64,000 nt of DNA from Felis catus (taxonomy: Eukaryota): positions 26,910,001-26,974,000 of the forward strand of contig NC_058369.1 in the NCBI RefSeq assembly GCF_018350175.1, in the 5' to 3' direction. Shown here piece after piece: positions 36,750 through 48,069 of the stretch (its first letter is position 1; each line of letters opens with the position of its first letter). The position numbers and the translations under genes are program-made. The notes under the pieces were generated by a model that was not told the DNA's origin, did not search any database, and worked only from the letters and a program-made list of their open reading frames with translations.

Positions 36750-36860
36750 CTTGCTCAAAAGATTTTCACTTCCCCTCCTAAACATCTCCAACGCCTTCTC
36801 TGATTTGTCACATAAACATCTGCTCTGGCAAACATCATAATTTCTCTCCACAGAACCAGA
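36750..36860 (-). pseudogene. Fossil exon L (111 nt)
   Basis: Long pyrimidine tract + tcaaag|; non-canonical donor AAG|gcagta; open frame SGSVERNYDVCQSRCLCDKSEKALEMFRRGSENLLSK. Confidence 0.6.
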
Positions 36861-36913
36861 CTTTGATAAAAACAAAAAACAAAGGATTAGAAAAGAGAAG
36901 CAGAGTGCTACAC

Positions 36914-36966
36914 GTTTCTTTAAAATTCATTTCTTGATTCTCATTAGGCTTTCTCTGACTTGGAGC
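36914..36966 (-). pseudogene. Possible fossil exon K (53 nt)
   Basis: Acceptor ttttatgtttaaag|, donor |gtgtag; APSQRKPNENQEMNFKE; the following intron would be only 53 nt. Confidence 0.45.
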
Positions 36967-37044
36967 CTTTAAACATAAAATGCTTGTTTTGTATATCTGG
37001 TCATATTCCTTTATAGAGTTTCTATGCTTTCGGAGCCTTTTCTA

Positions 37045-37248
37045 ATGTTTATTTATTTATTTTTGAGACAGAGATAGATAGAGAGCAAGCAGGGGAGGGA
37101 CAGAGAGAGAGGGAGACAGAATCCCAAGCAGGCTCCATGCCATCAGCACAGAGCCCGATGTGGAGCTTGAACCCACGAACCATGAGATCATGACCTGAGC
37201 CGAAAACAACAGTTGGATGCTTAACCAACTGAGCCACCCAGGCGCCCC
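37045..37248 (-). mobile_element. CanSINE
   Basis: TSD tttc(g/t)gagccttttctaa. Confidence 0.95.
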
Positions 37249-38204
37249 TTTCTGAGCCTTTTCTAAATGAATTGAAAAGAAACAGAAAACATGACCACTA
37301 CTTTTCCCATACTAACTGTAGGTGGAAGATACACCTGAAATGGCTTGAAACTCAGCAAACCAATACAATATTCTGGCTCCCCTATATCATCTAGGTAGAT
37401 GGAGCTCTTGGGTAGCCTGAAGGCTCCCAAATTTGAAGAGCTTCATGGTATGCATTAAGGTCCTTAACAAGCGCTCCCTCTCCCACTCCCTGTGACCCAC
37501 ACTCCATCAGAGTTTCAGATGCCACAAAGCCCCTGAGCCCTCAGGCTAGGTTCAGATCCCATGGTATGCCCTTTACTTTGATGTTACAGGGGTGATTTTG
37601 GTGGGCAGTGAAGCTGCCCTACTTTGTGGTTTGTGATGGTAGTTCAAAGTTGACTTGAAGCATGTTGAGTAATCAGCTAGAATAACTGGTAACAAGACAT
37701 GTGATTCTATAAATTTGAATACTGCTGCATAATTTGGTAATCTTTTTGGGTATTATTAATATTGCTTTTAAGGGTTTATGTTACTAGTATTATTTTTAAA
37801 AATCCCCTTTGTTTCTCACATTACAAATATAATATGGACTTGTGGTTAAGAAAGCACATGATACAGCTATGTGTGTGTGCTTTATATGAAAGTTGAACAA
37901 CTCCTTCATTCCTCTCACAGCCTGAAATGACTCCTTCCACAACTTTCTCCTCCAAACAAATATATCCAAGCATATAAGCATATTTATTGCTTGTTATTGA
38001 AATAAAATCATGCTGTATGCAAGTTGTTTCTTTTACTTAATACCATAGATAGCCTTGCAAGTCACTAGTTATGGTTCTAATATTATCTAACTTCTTTATG
38101 CATTTATAAACACATGTATTTTAATTTTCACTAAGTAAGGTAATAACACTTCCTGTAGGATATCACCTTTCATTTTAATTTCTATTATTATTATTAACAT
38201 TTAA

Positions 38205-38385
38205 ACTTTCACTTTTATAATGCTTTACAGATCACAAACTCCTCTCACATGCACCATCTTATTTATTCCTAACCACTTTGTGAGGTGGCAATTAACTCTA
38301 TTTTAGTTGATCAGGAAGCTTAGAGAAATTGGTGTCTTCCTTTCACCACAAAGCTAATAAAGGTAGAGTCAAGATTCAGACTTGT
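38205..38385 (-). mobile_element. MIR
   Basis: ctttgtgaggtggca...ttttagttgatcaggaagcttagaga. Confidence 0.6.
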
Positions 38386-38497
38386 CTTGTCTTACTCACT
38401 CATGTTTTAGAGAGCACTTAATCTTCTGATAATATTTGAAAATGTTTGTGGAAAGGTAGGAAAATCTCTATTGAATGACATTTTTAATCCCCTTCAC

Positions 38498-38595
38498 CAT
38501 ATCAAAACACTGTCAATATCATTTTTTATTTGACTTATAAGCTTCTAGCAATACAACCATCACCTTATCTACCGTATCAGTTTGTTCTGCTATGC
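38498..38595 (-). pseudogene. Fossil exon J2 (98 nt, phase 1->0)
   Basis: Acceptor tctctatgcag|, donor ATG|gtgaag; IAEQTDTVDKVMVVLLEAYKSNKK. Confidence 0.6.
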
Positions 38596-38723
38596 CTGCA
38601 TAGAGACTAGTCAATTTTATGAGAATTTTTTTGCCTTGGTTCTTAAAATAGTTTCTTAACTATTAAACTGAAGCATTGTTCCATTTAAAATGTATTTCCG
38701 CATCCCATTATTTGCTCCTAAAC

Positions 38724-38875
38724 TCATTTTATCTACATTTTCTCTGGACTGAGCTCAATTTGCTGTACATTAGTCCCAAAGCCTGAATGATTCATCTGAA
38801 TCTAAGTACATTATTTCTCATTGTATCTTGCTTTTCACAATTTAACTTAGCCTGTACACTTGCTTTCTATGCATC
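38724..38875 (-). pseudogene. Possible fossil exon J1 (152 nt, phase 2->1)
   Basis: Weak splice sites (tttggag| ... |gtttag); MHRKQVYRLS*IVKSKIQ*EIMYLDSDESFRLWD. Confidence 0.35.
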
Positions 38876-39179
38876 CTCCAAATTAGTAGCAGAAAAAAAA
38901 CTTTTCAAGATGAAAACAAAGCTTGCCCTTGGCCTTATGGGAACATAAATATTGGTCTGAGAAATGGCTTGGTTACTGTTCTGATATATCTCAAGAGGCA
39001 CTTCCCTTTTCCTATTTTATTTGTTAATGACAACATAAAAAGGATTAATTATAATGCTAAGTTTTAAGTATCCAACCATGGAGATCCAGCCCACAATGAA
39101 AGTAGGAACTTTCAGGCAAAGATGTTGGTAATTAATAAAAAAGCACATACTTACATAGTGTAGGGTAACGTAGAAACAG

Positions 39180-39340
39180 AATGGGCTGTGGAGATGGAAA
39201 GATACAGGTTGGAATTCTTGCTGTAATACTGCTCACTCTTTGACTTTGGAGAGGTTCATTAGTCTCTCTAAGTCTATGTTTCTTCAATTGAAAAGTAGGG
39301 ATAACACTCAGAGCCTCCTTGGGTGCTTTAACTGAGAGGA
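39180..39340 (+). mobile_element. MIR
   Basis: tgactttgga...tctctctaagtctatgtttcttcaattgaaaagtagggataac. Confidence 0.7.
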
Positions 39341-39655
39341 TATGCCATTGCCATTGCGATGTTTGGCATTTAGGAAATCTTCGGTATGTCAAAGTTTAAC
39401 CAGATGTAATTGTTGATTTTCAACTGCTTTGTTGAACTCTATGCCATATATCCCTTTCTATCTTGCCCCGGCTATACTTAACACCTCATAGACTTATATA
39501 CCTAATATGACTAAATAGCTAAAAAGTAAATTTAACGTTTTTGGTTGGGTTCTTCTGTAAGTGTTTCTGTTAGTTATTTTCCTCTTTGTCATTTTTCCTG
39601 ACAATATAACAAACTCATGTTTCATATCTTGAAGACACATTTTTGGTACAAGTCT

Positions 39656-39870
39656 TTTATTATTATTATTTTAATGTTTATTTAGTCTTGAGAGAGAGAG
39701 AGACAGAGACAGAGAGTGAACAGGGGAGGGGCAGAGAGAGAGAGAGAAAGAGAGAGAGACAAAATCTGAGGCAGGCTCCACACTGTCAGTATAGAACCTG
39801 ACACTCTATACTGCAAGATCATGACCTGAGCCAAAGTTAGACATTCAACCTATTGAGCCACCACGTGCCC
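39656..39870 (-). mobile_element. CanSINE
   Basis: TSD tggtacaag. Confidence 0.92.
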
Positions 39871-39957
39871 TGGTACAAGAGTCTTCTTAAAGATATTTTA
39901 ATTTTTTCTAAAAATTTTACAACTAATTATTTATAAAATTAGTAATAATAGTTACAA

Positions 39958-40077
39958 TATTTTTTTTAAGGATTTGTCTATTTATTTAAGCAATCTCTAT
40001 ACCCAACATGGGGCTCGAACTCACGAACACAAGATCAAGAGCCACTCGCTCTTCCAACTGAGTCAGCCATTTATCCC
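39958..40077 (-). mobile_element. Short older-type CanSINE
   Basis: tggggctcgaactcacga...gatcaagag; TSD taatagttaca. Confidence 0.85.
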
Positions 40078-40494
40078 AGTAATAGTTACATTATTAATGT
40101 ACATATTAGTACTCTGAACGAGTTAAAATATCCCCCTCCTCATAACCTTATTCAAGTATGGATTCAAACTTTGATACTATGACTTATGGCTTCCTTGCAC
40201 AATTTATTATGCACATGCATTCAGATTTTATGATATTCAGTTAGCAAAATAAGGTCACATAGTGTCAAAAAAATTTTTGAGTCTTTCACTTTCTTAAACA
40301 CTTTGAATCTGGGTATAGGGAATTAGTGTTTAGTAAGTATTTCTTTTGGCTTTAAACTGGAATTAAGTGATTAGTTTTGTTTGGTCACATTTGAGGATAG
40401 TGGTAGAGTATTTGAGACTGAATAACTTTTGGTTACCTACTAGAATACCATTTCTGAGGATAGAGGACTGTAATTCTTTTGTTAAGTAGTTTAC

Positions 40495-40800
40495 AGTCAT
40501 TTATTTGTTTGTAATGGACCATGTAGATAGAGGTAAACAAGACAGATATCCTAGCCTTGAATGAACTAAGATTCTAGCTGGAAAGAAACAGAAATCAGCA
40601 TATAATTAACATAAATGAGAATTTCAGACACTGAAAGTGTCATATGAGGATAATATAGGGTAAGATGATGTGAAGGGAAGGCTTCTTTTTAAATTGAAAT
40701 CTGAATGACATGGAAGGTGACATGTGCTGATCCAAGAAAGAGTGGTCCAATCAGAAGAAAAAAACTGTACAATGCTCTGAAGTGGGAACAAGATAGTGGG
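40495..40800 (-). mobile_element. L2 fragment
   Basis: aacaagacagatatcctagccttg...ttctagctggaa. Confidence 0.55.
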
Positions 40801-40865
40801 CTTGGGGTTCAGGTGAATGTACAAATGGCTTTTATTAAAGGCAAAAATATGAGTGAGAACTATAC

Positions 40866-41062
40866 ATCTGGAAGCCATTGGCATCCATGTGGAAAGATAA
40901 GAAACGAGAAAATACATTTGGATATTGTCTTCTTTTAGGTTCCACATACTCAAGGTTAATGAATTGTTGTTCAGCATTCCAACTGGAACATCAACTGGGA
41001 TTCTGTTTTTCTAAACTAAGGGAGATTGTACAAGCGCTCTGGAAGAAAAGTGTTGCCTTTTC
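40866..41062 (-). pseudogene. Fossil exon I (donor uncertain: 40950 or 40866)
   Basis: Acceptor tcttcccctttag|; EKATLFFQSACTISLSLEKQNPS*CSSWNAEQQFINLEYVEPKRRQYPNVFSRFLSF in one frame. Confidence 0.55.
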
Positions 41063-41506
41063 CTAAAGGGGAAGACTAGTGTGCTTACAGATGTGACAAC
41101 GATTTCTTTGCCATATATCCCTTTCATTTTAATTAAGTGCAACCGGAAATTAAAGGCTTGAGTTTCAGGGTTGGTTCCTTAGAGCTTAGACCTGTCACTT
41201 CAGTCAGGCTACATTTTTTTGTCCCACTACCAAGCAGGGCACTCTACCTAGAATTAAAGGTCCAGGAGAAAAATCCCTGAGATTGTTCAATCTCTCTGTT
41301 TCCTTGTCTATGTTGGCATAAGATCATCAAATTTTGGTTTGGGCATTTCTGAAAATGAAGGCAGAAATAGTGAAAACAGAACTTTAAGCTATGTTTTAAA
41401 AGTTCGTGCTCCTCCCCTAATAAAGGACATGTGTTTTAAACTAGGTTAATGCTTTTTCTGGATCTCCAATTATAGTACATCTTCATTTTAGGCATGAATA
41501 GCTTAC

Positions 41507-41722
41507 ATTTTCATTTCCTGAATTATCTGAGCTGAAAAAAATCATCAGAGTTATGCAGTTCCACCGGATTCTCAAATCTTTTTAAAGAAACTTTCCCCCA
41601 GTAGAGAAAAGAAATCAGAAGGATTTAGGGTCTGCATGAATATTGTTATTAGCAAACCTTGTAATATGTCAAATTTTGAATATAAAGAATTTATTACAAG
41701 TAGTAATTATCTCTCTAGATTC
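41507..41722 (-). pseudogene. Fossil exon H (216 nt)
   Basis: Acceptor ctttctctctgctcaag|, donor AAT|gtaagc; NLER*LLLVINSLYSKFDILQGLLITIFMQTLNPSDFFSLLGESFFK / RFENPVELHNSDDFFQLR. Confidence 0.65.
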
Positions 41723-42098
41723 CTTGAGCAGAGAGAAAGTTTTAACACCAACACTGAATGTAAACTAATAGCACCCTTACCTACACTCTATCTTCTGCCC
41801 ACCCAGGAGAAACAAATCATATGTGAAAAAAATTAATAGCCTTCCTACTGTAATGCATCAAAGCATTATGATCCCATTTTCTACTCTGGACTTTCTCAAC
41901 ATTAGAACTTCTTAGCAAGGCAGTAGAATAATTGGCATTAGCAGATATTGAAATTAGTATTAGATACTGTAGTCAACTGTTGCTTATTCTGGGCCAGGAC
42001 ATTTGGTATTCCCAAAGAAATCTAGTTGGCCAAATATATTTTCCTCAGAATTCATAAAAAAAGGAAGAATCCGAAATAGTAACAAATTATGTGGTTAC

Positions 42099-42258
42099 CT
42101 AAAATCAACCTATCTATGATTTTCTGATGCACAAGAATTTTCTTGCTGCACAGAACACAGAGCAGGCTTTTACTAGGAAGTTGGGAGTCTGATGTGAACA
42201 AGCTGAACCATATTTTGTTTTGCAGTGCTAACTGGCAATCACTGAGGATCACAGATTC
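42099..42258 (-). pseudogene. Fossil exon G (160 nt)
   Basis: Acceptor ccttcagaaatag|, donor TAG|gtaacc; one frame fully open (ESVILSDCQLALQNKIWFSLF...KIIDRLIL). Confidence 0.6.
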
Positions 42259-42659
42259 CTATTTCTGAAGGCAGGGATGTGGAAATGAATCTGTGATAAT
42301 TTATCATCAGAAACATGAGAAATGACTAAGTATCATGCAAAATATTTAGCCCTGGTAGATAGAGTTTGGAGGGGAAATTTTTAAATTTATTGTGAAGTTG
42401 ATTTAATTTTATTTTAAAACCAATCAAAACAGTATAAAGAGGTAAAGTGGAAAGTCTCATTTCTACCTTCTCCCATCCATCCTGTTTCCCCTCTTCTCCC
42501 CAAGCCAAGAAACTGTACTTATTTCCCACATATTTATCCTCCCAGAGTTTCTTTATGCAAATTCAAGCAAATGTGGCTATATATTTGTATTCCCCTTTCT
42601 TACTGCTGTGAAATAGTTTATGACTGGGACAGTTATAATATATATGCTTATGAGATATG

Positions 42660-42810
42660 TATATGTGCCATGCCATCAATGTATCTTCAGTTCTCACGAC
42701 AATCATGAAGTAGGTAGTATTTTCTCCACTTTACATATGAAGAAACTGAAGTTCAGGGGAGCTAAAACATGCCCCACATTCACACATTGTTGGTACTAGG
42801 ATTCAAAGCC
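42660..42810 (-). mobile_element. MIR
   Basis: ccactttacatatgaagaaactgaagttcagg. Confidence 0.75.
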
Positions 42811-43191
42811 CTCCCTTTTGCACTGTTTGTTTGTATAACTTCAGCAGTTTAGCCCTTCTGTGTAGAACTATCAGGACAGAATCCTGCTGCTCTTAAACAA
42901 CACATTCCATTATTGTTGCATTCAAAGAAACTCATGGGAAGTTTAATTTTTTTAATTTTAAAAACAAAACCTCTTTTTTTATAATATTGTTTTTATAAAT
43001 AAGAGAGTGAAACTCGTGTTAAATCCAGCTATTTAGATAAAAATCACTGTTAACATTTTGATGTCTCTCCTAAACTGTTTTGTGTATAACTTGATATCCT
43101 ATCTTGCAGCATTTTGGGGGGAATTATGGATTGGCATAAACTGATCATTCTCAACACACTCATGCACACTGTTAGTTCCCTATGTAGTTAC

Positions 43192-43321
43192 TCAGGAATC
43201 CAGAATGTTATTGGTAGTTGAGTGGCCACAATGGGCAGGATCAATATAGCATACTTTGGCGTGATTTTTCTCCTGGTTCCAAGTACCTTAGTGGGATGCA
43301 TAGATGCCAATAATAATGTCT
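43192..43321 (-). pseudogene. Fossil exon F (130 nt, frame ambiguous)
   Basis: Strong acceptor ttttcatttctttcctctactgtgtag|, donor TGA|gtaact. Confidence 0.6.
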
Positions 43322-44204
43322 CTACACAGTAGAGGAAAGAAATGAAAATTTTTTTCACTGTGTACAGCCCACAATGCCATTCCAAAATAACTTACCCTCA
43401 TAGCCTACATGCTTCCACTTAGGCAAATGTCTACAGACATGTCAATTCTTGATGCACAGTGTGAGCTTACAAGTATATGTTTCATGTTTCAAGTATATGT
43501 TTATGGCATTTCACATACTCAGATAATGTCATTCTGTAGTCATAAACAGTTTCTTTTTGATTCACATTCACACTCCTCACATTTTGGCCAATGAAAGCCC
43601 TTTGAATTGAGCTAGCTCCTTGTCAATACCACCAGGAAGTTTTGAAAGTATCTTGTTTTCTTTCCTCTAGATGTGCCAGCCCCATCTTGAGTTCCCCCAT
43701 TTCAGAATCAGAATCAGATTCTAGAAATTAAATTTCGGCACTAGGACTACACATTATACTGTTTCATATTATTCAGAGGTTAGAGAATGATGACAAAGAC
43801 CTATAGGACTTTAGTGATAGAATATTTACTTTTTTCAAAATATTAATGAATTTATGTTGCTATGTCCATTTTAACATTTATTTATATTACTTAAAATGAT
43901 AGTTGATTAGTAGTTCATGTGAACTTTTTCTATCATTTTGAGCTACAGTTTTTCTTTGTTCACTAGCTCTGATATTCCATGATATATATTGTCTTACTAA
44001 ACTGTGTATTGAAATTTCTATGTTACTCCCAAATTTGTAGTTTCATTTTCTTTCCTTCTGTTTCTTAGCTTTAACATTCAGAAATTTAATGTACAGGTCT
44101 CAGTTGTTTCTTATGTCAGGCATTACTGGAACACAAAATGCCTAAAAAGGAATATAAGGCCAACTTCTTTTCAAGGGGAATACTAAAGAAATAAAGTTAT
44201 GGGC

Positions 44205-44590
44205 CAAAGGGCAAAACTATAGAGACAGTAAAAAGATCAGTGGTTGCCAGTGGTTCAGGAGGAGGGAGGAAAGAAAGGATGAATAAGTGGAACAGAGTGT
44301 TTTAGGGCCATGAAACTATTCTGTATGATACTGGAATGGTGGATACATATCATTATACATTTATCAAAACTCATAGAGTATATAACATATATGCATTTTA
44401 GTTAACAATATATCATTGCTGGCTCATCAACTATAGCAGTGTACCGCACTAATTGAAGATGTTAGCAAGAGGGGAAACTGTGTGGAGAGGGAGACTTGTG
44501 GAGAGAGGATATATGTGAGAACTCTGTACTTTCTGCTCAAATTTTCTATAAACCTAAAGCTAAAAACCAATGTCTATTAATTAAAAAAAA
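44205..44590 (+). mobile_element. L1MC-like 3' end
   Basis: ggcaaaactatagagacagtaaaaagatcagtggttgccag...actctgtactttctgctcaa. Confidence 0.85.
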
Positions 44591-44739
44591 AGTTGTAGGC
44601 CTTCAATATTTGAAAGACAGGAGACACTTAGATTCTTAGACACTTAGATAAACTTTCAAACTATTATTAGATAATAGAAATAATGGGGTCATTTAAGACA
44701 AATAGAGTCGTTTGGGGTCTTTAACCTATATTTACCTTT

Positions 44740-45039
44740 AAAAAATTTTTATTTATTATGAAAGTGTAATGACATACAATTTATATTAGTTTCAGGTGTA
44801 CAACATAGTGATTTAACAATTCTATGCATTACTCAGTGCCCGCCTTATATGTGGAATCTAAAAATCAAAACAAACAAAAACCAAATAGACTCTTAAATAC
44901 AGAGAACAAAGTGGTGGTTGCCAGAGGGGAGGAGGGTGGGGGATGGGAAAATAGATGAAGGGGATTAAGAGTTACAGATTTCTAGTTATAAAATAAATAA
45001 GTCATGGAGATGAAAAGTACAGCACAGGGGATAATATTG
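44740..45039 (-). mobile_element. Short carnivore L1 3' insertion with 5' inversion
   Basis: Minus 3' end 44740-44843, plus-oriented upstream part 44844-45039, TSD tatatttac(c/t)ttt at 44727 and 45040. Confidence 0.85.
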
Positions 45040-45308
45040 TATATTTACTTTTTAAACCCCATTATTTTTCTGAGCCCTGTTCTTACTACCTTGTCTAAGT
45101 CATAAGTGTTGAACTCCAATTTCTTTATGGCCTTTGAATGACTGCCACTCTTCTTTACCTTAGGAATATATTAGTTTGCATATTAATATATATTTAAATA
45201 TACAAATAAAATAAAGAAATAAAATATGGTAGATGCTCATTATATGCACCTATGGGGCAGTCATACACATAACTTACATGAATTGATCTTAAAAATATAG
45301 TCCAGTGT

Positions 45309-45518
45309 GGAGTGCCTGGGTGGCTCAGTCAGTTGAGCATCCAACTTCAACTCAGGTCTGATTTCACTGTTGGTGAGTTTGAGCCCTGCCTCAGGCTCTG
45401 TGCTGACAGCTCAGAGCCTGGACCCTGCTTCAGTTTCTGTGTCTCCCTCTCTCTCTGATCCTCCCCCACTTGCACTCTGTGTCTCTCACTCTCAAAAATA
45501 AATATTGAAAAATTTTTT
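45309..45518 (+). mobile_element. CanSINE
   Basis: Degenerate TSD aaata(t/c)agtcc. Confidence 0.93.
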
Positions 45519-45834
45519 AAATACAGTCCTGAGTAAAAAGATTAGAAACAGAATGAGATTTGTGTGAATTTAAAATACGTATTTAAAAAGCGATATTATA
45601 CATTTTATAAGAACACGTGTACATTTTAAATATATCAGAAATAGTTGCTTATGAGAATGGGGGATGGGGATAAAAGGGAATAAGTTAATAAAAAAGAGAA
45701 GGGTCTTGCTTGGACCAATATAAAGTTTATTATCCAACAAATATGAGTAGTTTTTGATAGAAGTCATTGTTCAAAAATCCAGTGGTCTCCTGCCTTAGAC
45801 TCGTCAGTTTACATCCAGGACATACTTAGCTTAC

Positions 45835-45919
45835 ATTCCCTCCTTCAGATTCTAAGTACTCCTTGGGAATCTGACTGTGGTGATTTGGATTTTTGTCCTA
45901 TTCCCACTCTTAACCCAAT
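45835..45919 (-). pseudogene. Fossil exon E3 (85 nt, phase 2->0)
   Basis: Acceptor tgttgcag|, donor AAT|gtaagc; LG*EWE*DKNPNHHSQIPKEYLESEGGN. Confidence 0.55.
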
Positions 45920-45948
45920 CTGCAACATTCCAGTTATAGATTGGCAGG

Positions 45949-45949
<1 letters not shown>

Positions 45950-45991
<42 letters not shown>
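45950..45991. repeat. (CA)n microsatellite
   Basis: Directly visible. Confidence 0.97.
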
Positions 45992-45992
<1 letters not shown>

Positions 45993-46066
45993 ATCCATTC
46001 CACATGTAAGGAGAGAAAGTGGGATGACCACAGACATCTCAGCAAGGCTTGTTCATGGCCCCTTAC

Positions 46067-46394
46067 TGCCAATCTATGTATAGTTGGGTCCTTGTAGACT
46101 GGGGCACATTTTTGCTATATAATATTTCTCTTTTTCTCAAAGCTGACATCACTTTTTCAGAAAAACTTGTACTTGTATTTAAGGGAATGTTGATAAGCAT
46201 TATGCTGTCCTTTGTCTTGAGTCACATAGTGTTAACAGGCTACATTCTCATCTGTGGTGAGAACATAGTCATAGACCAGGTGACTCTAAACAGGAGTTTT
46301 GCTTCCAGCTGCTTGTGCTCTGGAAAGCCTGCTTCCTTGCACATCATTGCTTTAATTTCCTTTTCCTGACAACTAGTGATTTCTGCAAGCTGCA
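46067..46394 (-). pseudogene. Fossil exon E2 (328 nt, phase 1->2)
   Basis: Acceptor tcatcttacag|, donor GCA|gtaagg; only 2 stops in 108 codons: QLAEITSCQEKEIKAMMCKEAGFPEHKQLEAKLLF...SEKVMSALRKREILYSK. Confidence 0.75.
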
Positions 46395-46433
46395 CTGTAA
46401 GATGATCAAGTTGGGCCATTCAGTTGTGGGAGA

Positions 46434-46655
46434 TTTTTTTTTTAAGTTTATTCATTTATTTATCTTTGAGAGAGACAGAGACAGTGTGAGCAGAGGAGGT
46501 GCAGAGAGAGAGGGAGAGAGAAAGAATCCCAAGCAGGTTCCACACTGTCAGCATAGAGCCTGATGTGGGGCTCGAACTCCTGAAACCGTGAGATCATGAC
46601 CTGAGCTGAAACCAAGAGTTGGACGCTTAATGGACTCAGCCATCCAGGCGCCCCC
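46434..46655 (-). mobile_element. CanSINE
   Basis: TSD ag(t/c)tgtggga. Confidence 0.94.
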
Positions 46656-46913
46656 AGCTGTGGGAAATTATAATGTCAATATCCTGAGATCTTTCCTCTT
46701 GACCTGCTCAAATTCTTCAGAGGAGACCCTTTCAATTTCCTGCCTGAAAAGTGAAGTTCTAGTTGTCAATTTTCTGGAAACTAAATGGGTGAGAGGTTGG
46801 AGGTCTTAATGTACAGTATGTATACATTCAGTGAATTGTTGTCTTTTCACTATCATACGCCATCACATTCTCAACTGTGCCTGGTGTTCCCTTATTTAAA
46901 AACCCCATCTGGC

Positions 46914-47142
46914 GGGGCGCCTGGGTGGCGCAGTCGGTTAAGCGTCCGACTTCAGCCAGGTCACGATCTCGCGGTCCATGAGTTCGAGCCCCGCGTCAGG
47001 CTCTGGGCTGATGGCTCGGAGCCTGGAGCCTGTTTCCGATTCTGTGTCTCCCTCTCTCTCTGCCCCTCCCCCGTTCATGCTCTGTCTCTCTCTGTCCCCA
47101 AAAAAATAAATAAACGTTGAAAAAAAATAAAAAAAATAAAAA
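46914..47142 (+). mobile_element. Young felid SINEC_Fc
   Basis: CpG-rich; perfect 17-bp TSD taaaaaccccatctggc at 46897 and 47143. Confidence 0.97.
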
Positions 47143-47156
47143 TAAAAACCCCATCT

Positions 47157-47359
47157 GGCACCTGGGTGGCTCAGTTGGGTAAATACCTGACTTCGGCTCA
47201 GGTCAGGATCTCGCAGTCTGTGAGTTGGAGCCCTGCATCGGTCTCTGTGCTGATAGTTCAGAGCCTGGAGCCTGCTTTGGATTCTGTGCCTCCCTCTCTC
47301 TCTGGCCATCCCCCACTCATGCTCTGTCTCTGTCTTTCAAAAATAAAAAATAAAAATGT

Positions 47360-47408
<49 letters not shown>

Positions 47409-47418
47409 ACAAACATTA
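47157..47418 (+). mobile_element. Older CanSINE with (AAAT)n tail
   Basis: Directly follows the young SINE. Confidence 0.95.
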
Positions 47419-47499
47419 AAACCGTTTTAACCTTTCTGAAAAATAAAAAGCCAACTACCTATGTTTTGCCGGGACAGAAGAGGGGTTCTTGGTATCTGA

Positions 47500-48060
47500 C
47501 TGCTCTTTCATTTCTTTTGTGAATTTTCTATTTGGTTGTTTTTCTCTTGTAAACTTATAAGATCATTTGTCTACTTACTTTATTTAAAATATCTTTTGTC
47601 CATTTACTTTGGGACTATCACTCTTCTATTTGCTTTATAGTATCTTTTGCCATCCAAATGTTTTAAATTTTTATACAGTTAAACATATGTATCTATATAT
47701 CTATCTACCTCTATATATCTTTCATATTAATTAATGTTAAGTTTCCTCTCTTGGTTAAGAAGGTCTCCTCTACTCTATTTCACATGTCATCTCCCCAATT
47801 TTCTTCCAAGTTTAATATTTCTTTATATTTTATGTTTCAATCTTTATCTATCTGTAATGCATTTTTTAGTAATGTGATAGAGACATTATTTTCTTCCATA
47901 TGAATAGCCAATTGTGCCAAATATATTTCTATAAATAAACCATTTCTACTTATTAAATTAAAAATAGTACTTTGCCATATGTTTTATTCATAAAAATAGT
48001 GGGATACTGTTTATTAATTATCAATTTCCTTCACTGAGCTATTTGTTCCTGTGAAAATAC
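47500..48060 (-). mobile_element. Ancient L1ME ORF2 fragment
   Basis: ttttcttccatatgaatagccaattgtgccaa motif. Confidence 0.55.
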
Positions 48061-48069
48061 CATATTCAT

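Noticed and set aside
41532..41836. About 100-codon plus-strand open frame
   Set aside because: Overlaps fossil exon H in antisense and has no supporting splice sites
46049..46369. Hydrophobic 106-aa plus-strand ORF
   Set aside because: Antisense shadow of fossil exon E2; splice signals lie on the minus strand
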